From the NCBI GenBank assembly GCA_965213705.1, contig OZ243913.1:352001-416000 (forward strand): a DNA stretch of 64,000 bases, read 5' to 3'. Shown piece by piece: positions 62,585 to 64,000 of this stretch (the first letter of the stretch is position 1; the number at the start of each line of letters is the position of its first letter). This stretch comes from Trueperaceae bacterium (GTDB lineage: Bacteria; Deinococcota; Deinococci; Deinococcales; Trueperaceae). The translations under genes and the position numbers were made by a program. A model generated the notes under the pieces. It was given only the letters and a program-made list of their open reading frames with translations, did not search any database and was not told the DNA's origin.

Positions 62585-62644
62585 GAGGTGCAGATGTATG
62601 AGGTGCAGATGTATGAGGTGCAGATGCATGAGGTGCCGACGTGT
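62585..62644. repeat. 15-bp tandem repeat, 3 copies plus a degenerate fourth
   Basis: GAGGTGCAGATGTAT twice, then GAGGTGCAGATGCAT and GAGGTGCCGACGTGT. Confidence 0.85.
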
Positions 62645-62877
62645 AACGCGGGCTGCGACGTGTGATAAAGTTGTGGCATAGACCTCAACGTACCCTATTC
62701 GGACAAGCAAAAAAAGTGTTGAAGGGTGAGGTCGAAACGAGCTTTTCAGGTTGGGCTCGAGCCACCAAAAAGAGCGCTTTGACGCAGTTCGGAGTCGCCG
62801 GTCACCATACTCTGAGAACAGAGTGAAAAAGTAGTGCGTGAAATGTAATACTACGAACGGTACGAAAGGGGAAATGT

Positions 62878-63936
62878 GTGAGACGTCTTAGTGTAGCTGT
62901 CCTGGTGGGTTCGGCCCTGCTGCTGAGCGCTTGTGGTCGGTCCGCCCAGCAGACTTTGGAAGCCGAGTTGCAAAACACGCGCGGCGAGCTTACCCAGTCG
63001 CGCGAAAAGTTGAACGAACTGGAAACCAACTTAGCCGAATCCAGGGCCGAGGCGGAAACGTTCCGTCAGCAAGCCGATATTTTGCAACGGGCGACCGTCG
63101 ACCTGCCCGACATCGAAGGTGTCGAGGCGTTGCGGCTGCGCGTGAGTCAGCTCGAGAACCAGGCCGAAACCGTCACGGAAAGCCAGCGCGGTCTGGACGA
63201 AGCCCTCGCCAACGCTCGCACCGAAGTCGCGAGTCTGCGCGACAACATCAGCAACCTCAGCAACGAAAGAGCCGACTTAGAGCGCCAACTCGCCGAAGCC
63301 CAGGCCGAGGCCATTCAAGCCAGGGTCCGCGCCGAAAACGCCGACGACGTCGCCGAAACGCAAGAGGCCGCGCTCGACGTGACCAGGAGCACCGTCGAGG
63401 CCGAAGTCAACGCGCTGCAAGCGCAGCTCGAGGCGGTCGCCGAAGAACGTGACGCCGCGCTGGAACGCGTGGGCGAACAAACCAACCTGCTCGCCGACAT
63501 GCGCGCTCAACTGAACGACCTGCGCGGCAACCAAGCCGAGTTGGAAGCCCAACTGCAAGCGCTGAGCGCTGAAAACGCCGCCGTCGCCCCCAACCAAGAA
63601 CAGATAGCTTTTTTACAAGAGCAGCTCGACGCCCTTCAAGCCGACCTGATAACGACGCGTGAAGCGCTCCGGGAACGCCCCACCGCTACCCAGCTCAAAG
63701 TGGCCGACGACGTTATCGCCCGGTTGCGGACCGAACTGGAAACGCGCCCGTCGCAAGCCGAAATAGAGGCTTTGCAAACCCGCTTGAACGTTTTTAGCGA
63801 AAGTCCGGGTGCCACCGGCGCAGCCGATTTAGAAGCGCGTTTGTTGAGCGCTTGCACCCAACTCGGTGAAGCGTTTACCGACCCCTCGAGCCTGCCTTAC
63901 TGCGACGGCTACCTGGCGCCCGCCCCGAGCAACTGA
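62878..63936 (+). CDS. Lipoprotein with long coiled coil
   Basis: Signal peptide with LLSAC lipobox; heptad-rich E/Q/A/L body; C-terminal Cys pair. Confidence 0.82.
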   Translation: MRRLSVAVLVGSALLLSACGRSAQQTLEAELQNTRGELTQSREKLNELETNLAESRAEAETFRQQADILQRATVDLPDIEGVEALRLRVSQLENQAETVTESQRGLDEALANARTEVASLRDNISNLSNERADLERQLAEAQAEAIQARVRAENADDVAETQEAALDVTRSTVEAEVNALQAQLEAVAEERDAALERVGEQTNLLADMRAQLNDLRGNQAELEAQLQALSAENAAVAPNQEQIAFLQEQLDALQADLITTREALRERPTATQLKVADDVIARLRTELETRPSQAEIEALQTRLNVFSESPGATGAADLEARLLSACTQLGEAFTDPSSLPYCDGYLAPAPSN

Positions 63937-63946
63937 GCCGCCTCAC

Positions 63947-64000
63947 CAGAGGAGTCCGCTGGACTCCTCTGCCCTATACGGATGGCAAAGCGCCATCCGT
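63947..64000. repeat. Two adjacent perfect hairpins after the lipoprotein gene
   Basis: CAGAGGAGTCC-GCT-GGACTCCTCTG and ACGGATGGC-AAAGC-GCCATCCGT. Confidence 0.65.

Noticed and set aside
62585..62644. Direct repeats as a possible CRISPR array
   Set aside because: Units are contiguous 15-mers with no unique spacers, and there are no cas genes in the window.

Overview
GC-rich chromosomal window from a Deinococcota bacterium, probably Truepera-like. The assignment is inferred from the SLH-anchored SlpA, the stand-alone Nqo15 and pervasive TANNNT boxes 5-7 nt before start codons. Core genes are sdhAB, aat, cysK, tal, coxDE-mocA-like, ppk1, uvrD/pcrA, nqo15, split mnmC, slpA, rlmH, argR, coaBC, rpoZ and iolGB. 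Small accessory inserts lie among them. (1) Three toxin-antitoxin modules have damaged toxins while the antitoxin is retained: a MazF nonsense codon, a VapC catalytic D>N change and a HepT truncation. (2) There is an HNH-partner pair, an orphan immunity-like gene behind a possible toxin C-terminal remnant, and a solitary AT-rich DUF4365-like nuclease. (3) An XPB helicase plus DUF790 (Bax1-like) pair is split by inserted genes. (4) A P-loop ATPase plus TPR two-gene cassette has mosaic GC. (5) An intact IS5-family element sits in a stop codon. The best leads are an unannotated ~231-nt rod-like structured RNA candidate divergent from rpoZ (51769-51999), the ATPase-TPR cassette, the XPB-DUF790 module and a strong excess of the palindrome CTCGAG. 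No rRNA, tRNA or CRISPR array was seen. Family names come from motif recognition by eye, with no database searches.
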